NCBI GenBank assembly: GCA_035540955.1
Contig: DATLFP010000030.1
Location: 5,709 to 69,708, forward strand
Direction: 5' to 3'
DNA length: 64,000 nucleotides
DNA from: Acidimicrobiales bacterium
Lineage (GTDB): Bacteria; Actinomycetota; Acidimicrobiia; Acidimicrobiales; CADCSY01
The notes beneath the pieces were generated by a model. The model did no database searches. It worked only from the letters and a program-made list of their open reading frames with translations, and was not told the DNA's origin. Both the position numbers and the translations under genes were made by a program. Each line of letters starts with the position of its first letter. Positions within the stretch are counted from its first letter, which is position 1. Positions 63,122 to 64,000 of the stretch are shown here, piece after piece.

Positions 63122-64000
63122 CGGACCGGCTCCAAGCGGGCCTGCAGGTCGGGCAACCGCTGCACGAGCGGCATGAGCGCGAGGAACGGCGACGTGCCCG
63201 GCGCCAGCGTCGCCAGCAGCTCGCGGAACGCGAACACGTTGCGCACGAACATCGTCACGTCCACCGGTGGCCGCAGGCGATGGCGCAGCAGGATGCGAAC
63301 CGCGTCGCCCAGCGCGCCGGTGATGGTGTCGCCGCCGCCGGACAGCATCGCCGCGGGCGACAGCGCGGGCGCGGCCGCGAGGTCGGCGACGAGCGCCTCG
63401 GTGTCGATGCCGTCGGGGACGGCACCACCGAGGACCATCGCGTCGACCTGGCCCCGGTGGTCGCCGGAGAACAGCGCGGTGAGGAACCCGAACGCGGCGC
63501 GGCGGGTCGTGAGGTCGAAGCGACCGAGGGTCCCGCAGCCGACCACGCCGAGCGACGCGTCCGGCATGACGACGAGATGCTCGGGGCGGATGTCGGCATG
63601 GAACACGCCCACCGCCAGTCCGGCCTCGAGCGACGCCTGGATCACCGCGGCGATGGCGGCGTCGGGGTCGAGCCGGTCCGAGGCCGACGCGAACGAGCGG
63701 GCGCCGGGGAGCTCCTCGAGCACGAGCGCACGGGACGTGGCCAGGTCCGCCACCGGTCGGGCGACGGTGACGCCGGTGGCGCCGACCTCCTCAAGCGCCA
63801 TCGCCAACCCAACCAGCGCCAGCGCCTCGCGCCGGAGGTCGAGCTCCTCGACGGCCTGGCGCACGGCCAACTCGACGAACCCTAGCGGATGGCTGTCGCG
63901 CAGCGGCGGGACGAGCGCTTCGAGCGACCGCGTCAGCGCCGCGGTCATGCGGGCGTCGGCGAGCACGTCGCGGCGGGCACCGGGACGGCGGACCCGCACC
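63118..64000 (-). CDS. ABC1/UbiB-like kinase-fold protein, probably 5'-truncated by the right window edge
   Basis: It has VGVFHADIRPEHLVV and VVGCGTLGRF (kinase catalytic/activation-like segments). The frame is open to the window end. Confidence 0.7.
   Translation of the reverse strand, partial: VRVRRPGARRDVLADARMTAALTRSLEALVPPLRDSHPLGFVELAVRQAVEELDLRREALALVGLAMALEEVGATGVTVARPVADLATSRALVLEELPGARSFASASDRLDPDAAIAAVIQASLEAGLAVGVFHADIRPEHLVVMPDASLGVVGCGTLGRFDLTTRRAAFGFLTALFSGDHRGQVDAMVLGGAVPDGIDTEALVADLAAAPALSPAAMLSGGGDTITGALGDAVRILLRHRLRPPVDVTMFVRNVFAFRELLATLAPGTSPFLALMPLVQRLPDLQARLEPVR

Overview
This is a high-GC (roughly 70% by eye) actinobacterial-type DNA window with two very different halves. 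(A) 1 to about 23.3 kb is the cargo and transfer region of a conjugative element. It carries a VirD4/TraD-type coupling protein, a MobF/TraA relaxase-helicase, a roughly 1,600-aa N6-methyltransferase/SNF2-helicase fusion, a candidate oriT hairpin, a field of AAACGTGAG iterons and a sigma-like regulator. Its defence cargo is a PglW-like NERD + tandem kinase (cut by the left edge) and a translationally coupled short-pAgo operon. In that operon the SIR2-APAZ partner is unusually long (864 aa), and it seems to hold an extra HATPase_c_4/RecG-C-like nucleic-acid-binding module between SIR2 and APAZ. This is my best candidate for an undescribed system variant. The element side ends at an IS3 transposase scar followed by a 5'-truncated, frameshifted MBL-hydrolase gene (23.1-24.1 kb). 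(B) 24-64 kb is a lipid/ketone catabolic region. It has four BVMO/FMO paralogs, each next to SDR and esterase/hydrolase genes. It also has thiolase/DUF35, ACAD, enoyl-CoA hydratase, FadD, P450, PaaX-like and TetR regulators, three ABC1/UbiB kinases and two Liv-type ABC transporters with unusual domain fusions. Sequence-level oddities in this half are: a 75-bp segment flanked by the palindrome GGCGGCCGCC that appears inverted and scrambles the C-termini of two convergent genes; a frameshifted BVMO paralog; and a recurring 28-bp palindromic operator (ATGCGACA-N12-TGTCGCAT) linking five promoters. No rRNA, tRNA or CRISPR array was seen. All calls come from reading the sequence and ORF translations, with no database search. 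Many long ORFs in the track are antisense shadows typical of high-GC DNA.
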